The position numbers and the translations under genes were made by a program. From Deferribacterales bacterium (lineage in GTDB: Bacteria > Chrysiogenota > Deferribacteres > Deferribacterales > Geovibrionaceae), in NCBI GenBank assembly GCA_050251945.1, contig JBFWLW010000010.1, positions 12,653 to 76,652 on the forward strand: a DNA stretch of 64,000 nt, given 5' to 3'. Each line of letters begins with the position of its first letter. The first letter of the stretch is position 1. A model generated the notes under the pieces. The model did not search any database. It was not told the origin of the DNA and saw nothing but the letters and a program-made list of their open reading frames with translations. Below, one piece after another: positions 46,877 through 57,008 of this stretch.

Positions 46877-48275
46877 GAACGCGGAACTCACACAGCAGGA
46901 GAAGCTGGAGCTTGCAGGTAAGGTTTTCCCTGCGCTTAAGAGCCGTAAAAAGCATCCTATTTTCAGACTGCTGAGGTTCTCTGTGTCTGCGGTGATGCTG
47001 ATACTGTGCGCAGCATGTGCAGCCGTTGATGCGCCTGTTCAGCAGTCAGCTTCAACTATGCCTGCGGCGCATGCAGAAAACAGCCAGCCCAACCTTGTGT
47101 CAATGTCCATCAGAAACGGTATCACAAAACCGGACGAACCTGCGGCATTTGAGCTTTCAATGCCGGAATCGGATATCTCACTCGCTTCCGTTTATAAATA
47201 TTCCAAAGAACCCACCATTCTTACGATAGCGCAGGACGCAATTGATTTTGATTATGAACACGGAATCCTTGTCATCCTTAAAAAAGGTAAACTTGAGAGC
47301 AACTACGCAAAATGCGTAAACATAAATCTTAACGGCAGTTTTAACGCTGTGCAGTTGAGCGGGGGGCTTGTTCTTCTTTCCGGTGAAAAAGAGACCGTTA
47401 TTGTAGACCTCCAGCAGTGTGGCATTGTCCGTGAATTCAAAGGAGAGGGCAAGGCCTATTATCTCAGCGGATCGGCTCTGCTTGAAACCGGCCCGAAGCA
47501 TTATGTCCTTTCGGACAGACTGAAAATCAAAGTTTACAGTGAAAGCGATTTTACCGGCGCAGTAATATACGGCGCGCTGGGAACGACCCATATGCTTTTC
47601 GCAACCAATACCGGAAAAGTGGCGCTTATGAACATGAAAGACGGCAGGTTCAATGCGCTGTCACCCGGCAACTACAACATAAAAGACATAAGGTATGTGG
47701 ATAACGACATATACATCTATACCAAAGAGAACAAACTGCTGATGCTCCAGCCGGATTTTACCGACGGAACGATAAAGAACATCGGCGAGATGCAGGGCAA
47801 AGACGGCTGTTTCTTTCTGAAACGAAGCGGAAAAATGTACTGCGACGGATACATAACTGATTTGGACACGGCGGAAAAGGCTCCTTCGGAAGGTGATTCC
47901 GGTCTGTATTCCGAAAATATGCTGTTTCTGAAAAAGGACGGTGTGTTGTCGTTTGTTGATTCGGAAAAGATTTACAGACAGAGCGTTACGCTTGGATCAG
48001 CCACGCAGAATCAGGTTTGCGTTAAAGACGGCAGGGGCTATTTCCTCGACCTTGACCTCAAGATAAAATATTTCACTGCGGACGGAGTTGAATCTGTTCC
48101 GGCGGTGAAGCCTGAATCATGTGATTATGTATTCAATTTCAAAGACGGTGCCGTGCGTTCTGCCGACGGCAAGATAATATATGAGTTTGCAAAGCCTGTG
48201 AACCGCTCTGTGAAGGCAGTCATGCTGAAAAGGATAATCGGTCAGGATATCTACTATTACTTCGAGAAACAGTGA
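46866..48275 (+). CDS. Hypothetical exported/lipoprotein, beta-rich
   Basis: Long ORF overlapping the murB end; hydrophobic segment ending LCAAC; start uncertain (TTG 46866 chosen). Confidence 0.7.
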   Translation: MKNKNAELTQQEKLELAGKVFPALKSRKKHPIFRLLRFSVSAVMLILCAACAAVDAPVQQSASTMPAAHAENSQPNLVSMSIRNGITKPDEPAAFELSMPESDISLASVYKYSKEPTILTIAQDAIDFDYEHGILVILKKGKLESNYAKCVNINLNGSFNAVQLSGGLVLLSGEKETVIVDLQQCGIVREFKGEGKAYYLSGSALLETGPKHYVLSDRLKIKVYSESDFTGAVIYGALGTTHMLFATNTGKVALMNMKDGRFNALSPGNYNIKDIRYVDNDIYIYTKENKLLMLQPDFTDGTIKNIGEMQGKDGCFFLKRSGKMYCDGYITDLDTAEKAPSEGDSGLYSENMLFLKKDGVLSFVDSEKIYRQSVTLGSATQNQVCVKDGRGYFLDLDLKIKYFTADGVESVPAVKPESCDYVFNFKDGAVRSADGKIIYEFAKPVNRSVKAVMLKRIIGQDIYYYFEKQ

Positions 48276-48280
48276 TTATT

Positions 48281-48347
48281 TAGATTGAGTCGCACCCATT
48301 GAAGACGAATCCCGTCTCTGCGAGGTCTGTAAGGACGAAGCAGTCTA
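48281..48347. repeat. Degenerate REP-like dimer between convergent genes
   Basis: ...GAAGAC / GTCTCTGCGAGG..CGAAGCAGTCTA; left half decayed. Confidence 0.7.
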
Positions 48348-48354
48348 TATTTTA

Positions 48355-48639
48355 TTATCTGCTGTGTCTCGGACGTTTCTTAACAACGAGCGACGCTTCT
48401 TTCATCTTCCTGTAAATTTCTTCATCTGAAACCTTGTTGCGTGCGGCGTTTACGTTGTGTTCGTTGGTCTGGTAACAGGTGGGCAGTGAGTTTAGAGTTA
48501 TGGCCATAGTGTCCAGAATGCAGCTTGAGCAGGTGCAGACGTCAGGATTATGTTCGAGAAAAATGGGGAAAATCTCCCATGCTCTCTGTTCGTTGACGTT
48601 TTTCAGCAATTCTATGTCATATTGATTGATTTTAAGCAT
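48355..48639 (-). CDS. ComFB-family protein
   Basis: NVNE...CTCSSCILDTMAITLNSLPTCY...VKKRPRH matches the ComFB pattern (CxC..C..D..A.ALN.LP..Y, PRH). Confidence 0.85.
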   Translation of the reverse strand: MLKINQYDIELLKNVNEQRAWEIFPIFLEHNPDVCTCSSCILDTMAITLNSLPTCYQTNEHNVNAARNKVSDEEIYRKMKEASLVVKKRPRHSR

Positions 48640-48696
48640 AAAAGCACCTACAATTTTTACTGTGACACATTGAAATATAACACTGCGGGGGGTTCT

Positions 48697-49689
48697 ATGC
48701 AAGGGAAAACGGCTGTTATCGGCGGCGGCAACTGGGGTTCGGCTCTGGCAGCGCTTGCCGCGCAATCTTCAAAAGAGGTAGTGATTTACGCACTTGAAGA
48801 TGAAGTCGTAAGAAGCATAAACAACGAACATGAGAACGCAGTTTTCATGAAAGGCATAAAACTTCCGGAGAACATTGTCTCAAAACCGTTCTCCGAAATA
48901 CAAAATATTGACACTGACAGGATCATCTGGACGGTTCCCACTCAGTTTTCCGGCAGAACTGCGAAACAGTATGCAGAGGCACTTTCGGGCAGAAAACTGC
49001 TTATAGCCACAAAAGGAATTGAGATAGATACGGGCGATTTGATGATCCATGTGCTTGAAAGGGAATTCAAAGGGGATTTTGCCGTAATATCCGGTCCCTC
49101 TTTCGCAAAAGAGGTGGCGCAGAAGATGCCCACGGCGGTGAGCATAGCCGCGAAGGATGAAGAGCATGCCAAATGGTGGCAGAATCTTCTTTCCACAGGC
49201 TATTTCCGCTGTTACTACTCCAGTGATATTGTCGGAGTGGAGGTAGGCGGTGCCATTAAGAACGTTATGGCGATAGCCACAGGCATATCCGACGGGCTTG
49301 GCTTCGGTTACAACGCCAGAGCAGGGCTTATCACCCGCGGGTTGACGGAGATGGCGCGCATGGGCGTGGCGCTTGGCGGCAAACCCGAGACCTTTATGGG
49401 GCTTTCGGGTATGGGCGACCTTGTGCTGACCTGTACGGGGGATCTTTCCAGAAACAGACAGGCGGGGCTTAAGGTGGCTTCCGGCATGACGCTGAAAGAG
49501 GTCATAGCCTCAACAAACAACGTAGCGGAGGGTGTTTACACCACAAAAGCCGCATACCTGCTTGCAAAACGTCTCGGTGTTGATACCCCGATAATAAACG
49601 AGGTTTACGACATACTTTATAACGATAAAAAACCGCTGGATTCGGTCACAGACCTTATGAAAAGACCGCTGAAGAGTGAAAGCATATGA
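48697..49689 (+). CDS. gpsA: NAD(P)H-dependent glycerol-3-phosphate dehydrogenase
   Basis: GGGNWGSALA, ATKG.E, SGPSFAKEV, GGAIKNV.AIA.G, GDLVLTC...SRN. Confidence 0.96.
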   Translation: MQGKTAVIGGGNWGSALAALAAQSSKEVVIYALEDEVVRSINNEHENAVFMKGIKLPENIVSKPFSEIQNIDTDRIIWTVPTQFSGRTAKQYAEALSGRKLLIATKGIEIDTGDLMIHVLEREFKGDFAVISGPSFAKEVAQKMPTAVSIAAKDEEHAKWWQNLLSTGYFRCYYSSDIVGVEVGGAIKNVMAIATGISDGLGFGYNARAGLITRGLTEMARMGVALGGKPETFMGLSGMGDLVLTCTGDLSRNRQAGLKVASGMTLKEVIASTNNVAEGVYTTKAAYLLAKRLGVDTPIINEVYDILYNDKKPLDSVTDLMKRPLKSESI

Positions 49690-52100
49690 AAATAATCATA
49701 GACGGCAGCTACATAGCTTTCAGAACGTTTCACAAATCGCCGCCGCTGACAAACTCCAAAGGTATACCGACAGGTGTCATCCATGGTGTTCTGAACGTAC
49801 TTCTGACCCTTTCAAACAGGTTCAGGAAGGAGAACGTTGCCATAGTTTTTGACCACAAGGGAAAAAACCGCCGCCATGAACAGCACCCTGAATATAAAGC
49901 CACGAGGGACGCAACTCCGGAAGATTTAAATATTCAGTTTCAGATACTGGACGAGCTTATCCCGCTGACAGGAATAGCCTATTACCGCATAGAAGGCTAC
50001 GAGGGAGACGACATAATGGCAACCCTCGCCGCGCACGCAGAGGGCGAGGTGGGTATGCTCACCCGCGACAAGGACATCTTTCAGATAGTTGACGACAGAG
50101 TTAAAATATACGATTCACAGACAAATGAATTTTTCGGAAAAGAGCTTGTGTTTGAGAAGTATAAGGTTGTTCCCGATAAGATGGGCGACCTGCTGGCGCT
50201 TACTGGGGACACATCCGACAACATCCCCGGCGTTCCGAAAGTGGGCGTTGTAACGGCGGCAAAGCTGCTGGACGAATTCGGCAGTCTTGACGGCATTTAC
50301 GCCAATCTGGACAAGATAAAGGGCAAGGTGAAGGAAAACCTTGAGAATAATAAAGATCAGGCATATCTGAGCAGACAGCTTGTGGAGCTTGATATTCTGG
50401 AAAAGGAGCCTGAACCCGAAGACCGTGAAGACATGGCGCTTCTGATGGAAAAACTTCAGGAATACGAGCTTAAAAGCGTCATCGTGAAGCTGAATTCCAT
50501 GGCGGAGCGATCAGATACCGCAGACGAAGAGGAACCGCAGCACGAAGCGATAGAGATAAAAGAGTGTACGCCGTCTAAGGTCACTCTGGTGCTTTTCGAC
50601 AGCGGGAAACTATACACCGCCGGAGACGGCTGTTTTTACGAATATGCCGGACAGCCTCTTGACGATGTCAAATACTTTTATGATATAAAACACATATACA
50701 AGCTTACGGGGTTCAGGTCTGGAAAGATATACGACCTGATGCTGGTCAGCTGGCTGAACGATGCCGACACAGGCGGGCTGGAACGTGCGAAAACAGAGGA
50801 ACTTCCCGCTTTCATCGCGCGTCTTCTGGCAAAAGCCGAAGCTGAGGTTCAGGCGCTTGCCGATAACAGGCTTGAAGACATCTACTTCAACATGGAGCTT
50901 CCGTGCGCATACGTCCTTGCGGACATGGAGACTGCGGGGATAGCTCTTGACAGGGGCGTGATGGAGAGTGTTGCGGACAGGCTGCGCGACGAGGTGGGTG
51001 CTGTCAGCGATACCATAAAAAACTTCATTGGTCACGATATAAACCTGAACTCGCCCAAACAACTGCAGTCGTTCCTGTTTGAAGAGCTTTCGCTGGTGCC
51101 GCCCAAAAAGACAAAAACGGGCAACTCCACTGACGAAGAAGCGATAAAAGCGCTTATCGCGCTTAACCCAATGTACGCGGGCGATCTGGAAAATATACTG
51201 AAATACCGTGAACTTACAAAACTGCTGTCAACCTATGCACTGCCGCTTTGCGATTATGCCGGAGCCGACGGCAGAATACATACGTCGTTCAAACAGACGG
51301 GAACCGCCACAGGGAGGCTTTCGTCCGTTAACCCCAATATGCAGAACATTCCTATGAAAGGTGACTACGGTGTGCTGCTTCGCAGTGCGTTCGTGCCTGC
51401 GCAGGGGTATAAATTCGTTTCCTTCGACTATTCCCAGATAGAACTGCGCATCCTCGCCCACCTCACAGGTGATGCGAATCTGCGCGAGGCTTACAGAAAC
51501 AACGAGGATATCCACACCAAAACAGCGGCGGGGATATTCCATGTCGCGCCAGATCAGGTGACAAGCCACATGCGCAGGCTGGCAAAGGCTGTGAACTTCG
51601 GGATACTTTACGGGCTGTCCGCGTTCGGGCTGTCCAGAGACACAGGCATTGCCCAGAAAGAGGCGAAAACATTTATCGAAAGATATTTTGCCGCTTACCC
51701 TTCGGTTCAGACCTTTATTGAGAAGGTTAAACAGGAAACACGCACCAAAGGATACGCAGAGACTATTCTCGGGCGAAAAAGATACATAAAAGAGATAAAC
51801 AGCCGGAACAAAACCATAGCCATGAGGGGCGAACGCATTGCAGTCAATGTGCCGATGCAGGGTTCCGCCGCCGATATTATTAAGCTGGCAATGGTTGAGT
51901 GCCGACGGGTTATGGACGATAATAAGTACGATGCACGCATGGTGCTTCAGGTGCATGATGAACTGGTGTTTGAGGTGAAAGCCGAAATGGCGGAAGAGTT
52001 TGCGCCTGTTATGCAGAGGATAATGGAGAGTGTTGTAAAGCTCGACGTGCCTCTGGTTGTGAACGGCGCCGTGGGAAATAACCTTGGAGAGTTGAAATAA
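49686..52100 (+). CDS. polA: DNA polymerase I (5'-3' exonuclease plus polymerase; proofreading domain looks reduced)
   Basis: IIDGS, EGDD, GDTSDNIPGV, TATGRLSS, DYSQIELR, AKAVNFGILYG, QVHDEL. Confidence 0.97.
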   Translation: MKIIIDGSYIAFRTFHKSPPLTNSKGIPTGVIHGVLNVLLTLSNRFRKENVAIVFDHKGKNRRHEQHPEYKATRDATPEDLNIQFQILDELIPLTGIAYYRIEGYEGDDIMATLAAHAEGEVGMLTRDKDIFQIVDDRVKIYDSQTNEFFGKELVFEKYKVVPDKMGDLLALTGDTSDNIPGVPKVGVVTAAKLLDEFGSLDGIYANLDKIKGKVKENLENNKDQAYLSRQLVELDILEKEPEPEDREDMALLMEKLQEYELKSVIVKLNSMAERSDTADEEEPQHEAIEIKECTPSKVTLVLFDSGKLYTAGDGCFYEYAGQPLDDVKYFYDIKHIYKLTGFRSGKIYDLMLVSWLNDADTGGLERAKTEELPAFIARLLAKAEAEVQALADNRLEDIYFNMELPCAYVLADMETAGIALDRGVMESVADRLRDEVGAVSDTIKNFIGHDINLNSPKQLQSFLFEELSLVPPKKTKTGNSTDEEAIKALIALNPMYAGDLENILKYRELTKLLSTYALPLCDYAGADGRIHTSFKQTGTATGRLSSVNPNMQNIPMKGDYGVLLRSAFVPAQGYKFVSFDYSQIELRILAHLTGDANLREAYRNNEDIHTKTAAGIFHVAPDQVTSHMRRLAKAVNFGILYGLSAFGLSRDTGIAQKEAKTFIERYFAAYPSVQTFIEKVKQETRTKGYAETILGRKRYIKEINSRNKTIAMRGERIAVNVPMQGSAADIIKLAMVECRRVMDDNKYDARMVLQVHDELVFEVKAEMAEEFAPVMQRIMESVVKLDVPLVVNGAVGNNLGELK

Positions 52101-53149
52101 TGAATAAGCTGAACAATATTATCCGTGAGAATGCCGAGCTGAAAGAGGAGATGAGCAGACTGGTTGAGCTGGTGAAGCGAAATCAGGTGAAACACGAGGG
52201 GTTTCGCACTGTGGAGTTTTCGTTTTTGCTGGCGGAGAGCCTCAGGGAGATGATTGATAAGCCGCTTCATTACATCGAGGATATATTCGATGTTGACCGC
52301 GCGGTGATGTTCATCAACGCGGATATTATGGATTTTGACCGTGAGAGCAACAATCTTGATCACAGAATATATTTTATGCCTGCGGGAGTATTTAAGACGT
52401 TCTTCCTTGAAAAACGTCCGTACACCGGAGACAACAGGATAAATCTGATACATGAGTTCGACGTGTATGAGGATATGGGGTCATATCTCATTGCACCTTT
52501 GTTCCACGGGGACAATATTATCGGGAGCATAAACCTTTACAGCAGAGAAGAGGAAAAATACGGCGACGACGTTTCCACAGATTTCATAAAAGATCTTTCC
52601 GCTGTTGCGTCCGTCTCTTTGCAGAAGATGTACAATACAGAGCTGATATTCCGTCAGACCCGTACGGATTTTATGACCGGGACTTATAACAAGCTTGCCA
52701 TGGGAGAGTTTCTGGAAAAACTCATGTCGGAATATAAGCGCTACGGAACGGGATTTTACTTTGTCCTGCTTGACATCGACAATTTCAAGCAGATAAACGA
52801 TACATGCGGTCACCTCACAGGGGACAATGTTATAAGGGAGATATCGGACGAGATAAAGGCGGGACTGCGTACCAGCGACATGCTGGGCAGGTTCGGCGGC
52901 GATGAATTTTTCCTTATTCTGCCAAACCATGAAACTTCCGATATGTTCACCTTTGTGGAGAGGCTTCAGGATATAGGCAAAAAAGTGTTCAACGCCTACG
53001 GGTTCGAGTTTGCAAGTCTTTCCGGCGGCGTGGTTGCTATTCCCGGGGATATAGCGAAGGACGACACTGCCGAGGACGTTGTGCGCATAGCGGACGGAAG
53101 GCTGTATTACAGCAAAAAGAACGGAAAGGGATTTTTTACAGGTGTGTAG
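52100..53149 (+). CDS. Diguanylate cyclase with N-terminal coiled coil and GAF-like domain
   Basis: DIDNFKQIND..GH..GD, RTSD (RxxD I-site), RFGGDEF, ADGRLY.SKKNGK. Confidence 0.92.
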   Translation: MNKLNNIIRENAELKEEMSRLVELVKRNQVKHEGFRTVEFSFLLAESLREMIDKPLHYIEDIFDVDRAVMFINADIMDFDRESNNLDHRIYFMPAGVFKTFFLEKRPYTGDNRINLIHEFDVYEDMGSYLIAPLFHGDNIIGSINLYSREEEKYGDDVSTDFIKDLSAVASVSLQKMYNTELIFRQTRTDFMTGTYNKLAMGEFLEKLMSEYKRYGTGFYFVLLDIDNFKQINDTCGHLTGDNVIREISDEIKAGLRTSDMLGRFGGDEFFLILPNHETSDMFTFVERLQDIGKKVFNAYGFEFASLSGGVVAIPGDIAKDDTAEDVVRIADGRLYYSKKNGKGFFTGV

Positions 53150-54433
53150 ATGATAATCAGAAAGAACGACAAGAAGCTTCAGGATATTCTGAACAGAGGC
53201 GGCATCATGGAGGGTGAATACCTCCGCACTGTGCTGGACATTATAGAGAACGTGCGCAAAAACGGCGACGTGGCACTGGCTGAATATTCGCTGAAATTTG
53301 ATAAATACGACATAAAGAAACACGGCATAGAAATAACTAAAGAAGAGATGAAGGCGGCGTGGGATGCTCTCCCCGAACGCCTTAAGACAGCGCTTGAAAA
53401 TGCGAAAAAGAACGTTGTTGAGTTCCATGAAAAACAGCTTGAAGTGACATGGATGTATGAAAAATCCAAAGGAACCTTCCTCGGTCAGAAAGTGACGGCG
53501 CTTGAAAGCGTCGGCGTGTATGTGCCGGGCGGAAAAGCTGTATATCCTTCCAGCGTGCTTATGAACGTTCTTCCTGCAAAAGTTGCAGGTGTGGACGAGA
53601 TAATAATGGTCACCCCAGCCACCGGCGGACAGGTGAACCCTGTTGTTCTTGCCGCGGCTTATCTTGCCGGAGTTGACAGGGGATTCAAAGTAGGCGGCGC
53701 ACAGGCTGTTGCGGCGCTCGCATACGGAACAGAGAGCATACCGAGGGTCTGCAAGATAACGGGTCCCGGAAATATATATGTGGCGCTCGCCAAAAAAATG
53801 GTCTTCGGCAGGGTGGATATCGACATGATAGCGGGTCCCAGCGAGGTTCTTATCGTTGCAGACAGCTCAGCCGACCCTGACTATGTTGCCGCCGATATGC
53901 TTTCACAGGCGGAACACGACGAGCTTGCCAGTGCCATGGTCGTAACGGACGACATGGAGCTTGCGAAGGAGATCGAGAACAGCGTTTATGCACAGCTTGC
54001 CGAACTGCCTAAAAAAGAGATAGCTTCAAAATCGCTGGAACGCTTCGGTGCTATAATAGTTACCGACAACCTCGACGAGGCGGCGGATATAGTAAACGAA
54101 ATAGCTGTGGAACACCTTGAGCTTTGCGTGGCGCACCCCATGGAGTTTATGCTGAAGATCCGCAACGCGGGGGCAATTTTCCTCGGACAGAACACACCGG
54201 AGCCTGTTGGCGATTACTTCGCAGGTCCCAACCACGTTCTGCCCACAGGCGGCACGGCAAAGTTTTTCAGCCCGCTCGGAACGTACGACTTCCAGAAGAA
54301 GTCCAGCATAATTTACTATTCAAAGGAACAGCTTATGGCTGATATGGACGACATAAGGGTTCTTGCGGAATCCGAAGAGCTTATTGCACACAGAAATTCG
54401 GTGATAATCAGACAGGAAGATCAGAGCATTTAA
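53150..54433 (+). CDS. hisD: Histidinol dehydrogenase
   Basis: [50 protein letters not shown]. Confidence 0.97.
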   Translation: MIIRKNDKKLQDILNRGGIMEGEYLRTVLDIIENVRKNGDVALAEYSLKFDKYDIKKHGIEITKEEMKAAWDALPERLKTALENAKKNVVEFHEKQLEVTWMYEKSKGTFLGQKVTALESVGVYVPGGKAVYPSSVLMNVLPAKVAGVDEIIMVTPATGGQVNPVVLAAAYLAGVDRGFKVGGAQAVAALAYGTESIPRVCKITGPGNIYVALAKKMVFGRVDIDMIAGPSEVLIVADSSADPDYVAADMLSQAEHDELASAMVVTDDMELAKEIENSVYAQLAELPKKEIASKSLERFGAIIVTDNLDEAADIVNEIAVEHLELCVAHPMEFMLKIRNAGAIFLGQNTPEPVGDYFAGPNHVLPTGGTAKFFSPLGTYDFQKKSSIIYYSKEQLMADMDDIRVLAESEELIAHRNSVIIRQEDQSI

Positions 54434-54478
54434 CGTAATTAATGACTTAATTTATGAAAAGCCGATAAAATCAGATAA

Positions 54479-55198
54479 AATGAGATCGCTTCGGGCATAA
54501 AGCCCTCGCGAAGACGTAAGTTACTGTCATTGCGAGGAAGCCGCAGGGTGACGCGGCAATCTCATTTACAATGAGATCGTTTCGGGCATAAAGCCCTCGC
54601 GAAGACATAAGTTACTGTCATTGCGAGGAAGCCGCAGGGTGACGCGGCAATCTCATTTACAATGAGATCGTTTCGGGCATAAAGCCCTCGCGAAGACATA
54701 AGTTACTGTCATTGCGAGGAAGCCGCAGGGTGACGCGGCAATCTCATTTACAATGAGATCGCTTCGGGCATAAAGCCCTCGCGAAGACGTAAGTTACTGT
54801 CATTGCGAGGAAGCCGCAGGGTGACGCGGCAATCTCATTTACAATGAGATCGCTTCGGGCATAAAGCCCTCGCGAAGACATAAGTTACTGTCATTGCGAG
54901 GAAGCCGCAGGCTGACGCGGCAATCTCATTTACAATGAGATCGTTTCGGGCATAAAGCCCTCGCGAAGACGTAAGTTACTGTCATTGCGAGGAAGCCGCA
55001 GGCTGACGCGGCAATCTCATTTACAATGAGATCGCTTCGGGCATAAAGCCCTCGCGAAGACATAAGTTACTGTCATTGCGAGGAAGCCGCAGGCTGACGC
55101 GGCAATTTCATTTACAATGAGATCGCTTCGGGCATAAAGCCCTCGCGAAGACATTTTCTCTCTCGTCTCTGCGAACCCCTTGCGGGTGAAGCAGTCTC
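54479..55198. repeat. Tandem array of 91-bp units (7 full + 1 variant terminal), each a dimer of GTC-tagged REP-like palindromes
   Basis: TGAGATCG starts at 54481, 54572, 54663, 54754, 54845, 54936, 55027 and 55118 (period 91). Units are near-identical with no unique spacers. Confidence 0.97.
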
Positions 55199-55240
55199 GC
55201 TTTCAACAACCACAGACCGCCCCTCAAAGGCAGTCCTTTT

Positions 55241-55606
55241 TTACGGCTGGAGCAGTTCGTCTTTATTTATCCGCAGTTCGCCGACATAGATATCTGCGTC
55301 TATTCTGAAATACTTATCCCGCGAGATGTCCTTTAATGTGACTGTTTTTGTTTCACCAAGCAGTTTTTCGAGCTTCTTTTTTGAAATCAGCCCGAGAGGT
55401 CTCTGTTCGCCGCGTATTTCCGGAGTGTTTATTCCACGGAAACGCACGGATATTCCACGACCTATTATATCCGGATAGCCGTCTATGTCGCACTTAATGG
55501 TATCACCGTCAATGACTTCCACAAGGATGCACTTCACGTCCCCATAGGTCGCGGTGTATACCGGGCAAGATAAGAAAATTGTCAAAACGGCAATAATATA
55601 CTTCAT
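55241..55606 (-). CDS. Thermonuclease (staphylococcal nuclease-like) family protein
   Basis: Signal peptide; VIDGDTI, VRFRGINTPE and RDKYFR catalytic motifs; short C-terminus. Confidence 0.85.
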   Translation of the reverse strand: MKYIIAVLTIFLSCPVYTATYGDVKCILVEVIDGDTIKCDIDGYPDIIGRGISVRFRGINTPEIRGEQRPLGLISKKKLEKLLGETKTVTLKDISRDKYFRIDADIYVGELRINKDELLQP

Positions 55607-55678
55607 GCTGAATTAAATCACATTTGGAAAATATATCAACAGGAATATTGGCGAAATTAACTGATTATAATGAATAGA

Positions 55679-56932
55679 TCAAAGCGTTTTCAGGTGGATA
55701 TGTTCGCCGCTTTTGTCACATGCGGCAAGGGGAAGAACGATGCGTACCGCGACTCCGCTGTCGGTGTTGAAGATATCTATTGTGCCGTGCATATATTTTT
55801 CTATGACGGTTTTGCTGATGAAAAGCCCCAGACCTATGCCTTCGCCTTCGTTTTTGGTGGTGAAATAAGGCTCGAAAATGCGTGAAAGGGCTTCTTCCGT
55901 GATGCGTTCACCGTTATTTGTGACAGTTATCACCACACATCCGTCGATGAATTTGATATGAAATTCCAGTTTTCCCCGCCCGCTCAGACCGTTCTTCGTG
56001 GTTTTTTGGATAGCATAACGCGCGTTTGAGATGATGTTCAGAAAGATATGCTTCATCTCTATGCCGCTGCATTTTATCAGCTTATCAGGCGACTGGCAGG
56101 GTGTGCCTTTTATTTCGTTGGTACATTTGAAATAATCCGTGCTGGATTCGCATATGAATGAGAAATCTATTCCTGACTGCTGCAGTTGGCTGAAAACCAG
56201 CGAGATGCATTCCGTAAGCACCGCCGGAACAGAGATAAGATCTTCTTCGTGCCTGTCGCTGAAAAAACTGCGGAAGCTGTCTATTGTTGACGACATCTTC
56301 ATTATGAGTTCCATTGCCATTTCTGTGTTGCCCTGTATCTCTTCCGAGTCGATACCCGAAAGCTCCACCGCCTCCTGAGTGTCCTGCACGATGAGCGCAA
56401 GCGCGTTCAGCGGCTGGCGCCACTGATGTGCTATTGCACCGAGCATTTCGCCCATAAGCTCCAGACGGGTCTTGCTGAATATACGTTCCTCTATGCCGAC
56501 GTAGACCCTGTTCTCCTCTTTAATCATTTCCGCTTCGCCGCGGCGGAATGCAGAATGACTCCGCAGGAAAGCTCCGTCGGGCGTGCGTTCTATTGTGCCG
56601 TTGAAAACAAGCTCAATGGCATGCCCTGCTTTATGCTTCAGGATAAATGTGAAATCTTCGATTATTCCTTTTTCCCTGAGATGCGCGAATCCTTTTTTGA
56701 ATTTTTCAAGATAAGTTTCGTGGATGAAGTTGCCGAACCATTTTCCGGCGACCTCTTCGCGGGAATAACCGAGGGTGTCGAGCCAGACCTGATTGACGTC
56801 CAGCAGTATGCCGTTGAGGTCAATTGACTGATAACCGAGGGAAGAGCGCCTGATAAGCTCGCGCAGAGCCGCGTTTTCAGACTGTATCCTGTTCAGAATG
56901 TGATTTTCTGCATGGCTGTTGTCTTCGGTCAT
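55679..56932 (-). CDS. Cytoplasmic PAS sensor histidine kinase (orphan)
   Basis: PAS (LGYSREEV.GK); H-box IAHQWRQPLN; N-box NIISNA; IFEPYFTTK; G.GLGL. Confidence 0.92.
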   Translation of the reverse strand: MTEDNSHAENHILNRIQSENAALRELIRRSSLGYQSIDLNGILLDVNQVWLDTLGYSREEVAGKWFGNFIHETYLEKFKKGFAHLREKGIIEDFTFILKHKAGHAIELVFNGTIERTPDGAFLRSHSAFRRGEAEMIKEENRVYVGIEERIFSKTRLELMGEMLGAIAHQWRQPLNALALIVQDTQEAVELSGIDSEEIQGNTEMAMELIMKMSSTIDSFRSFFSDRHEEDLISVPAVLTECISLVFSQLQQSGIDFSFICESSTDYFKCTNEIKGTPCQSPDKLIKCSGIEMKHIFLNIISNARYAIQKTTKNGLSGRGKLEFHIKFIDGCVVITVTNNGERITEEALSRIFEPYFTTKNEGEGIGLGLFISKTVIEKYMHGTIDIFNTDSGVAVRIVLPLAACDKSGEHIHLKTL

Positions 56933-57008
56933 GGAAACCTGATATAGTTTAATATTTAATGTTAAAGTATGAAAATTCAGATTGCAACAAAGAATGAATA
57001 ATTATGGA

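Noticed and set aside
54479..55198. CRISPR array
   Set aside because: Units are near-identical over all 91 bp with no unique spacers, and there are no cas genes in the window.
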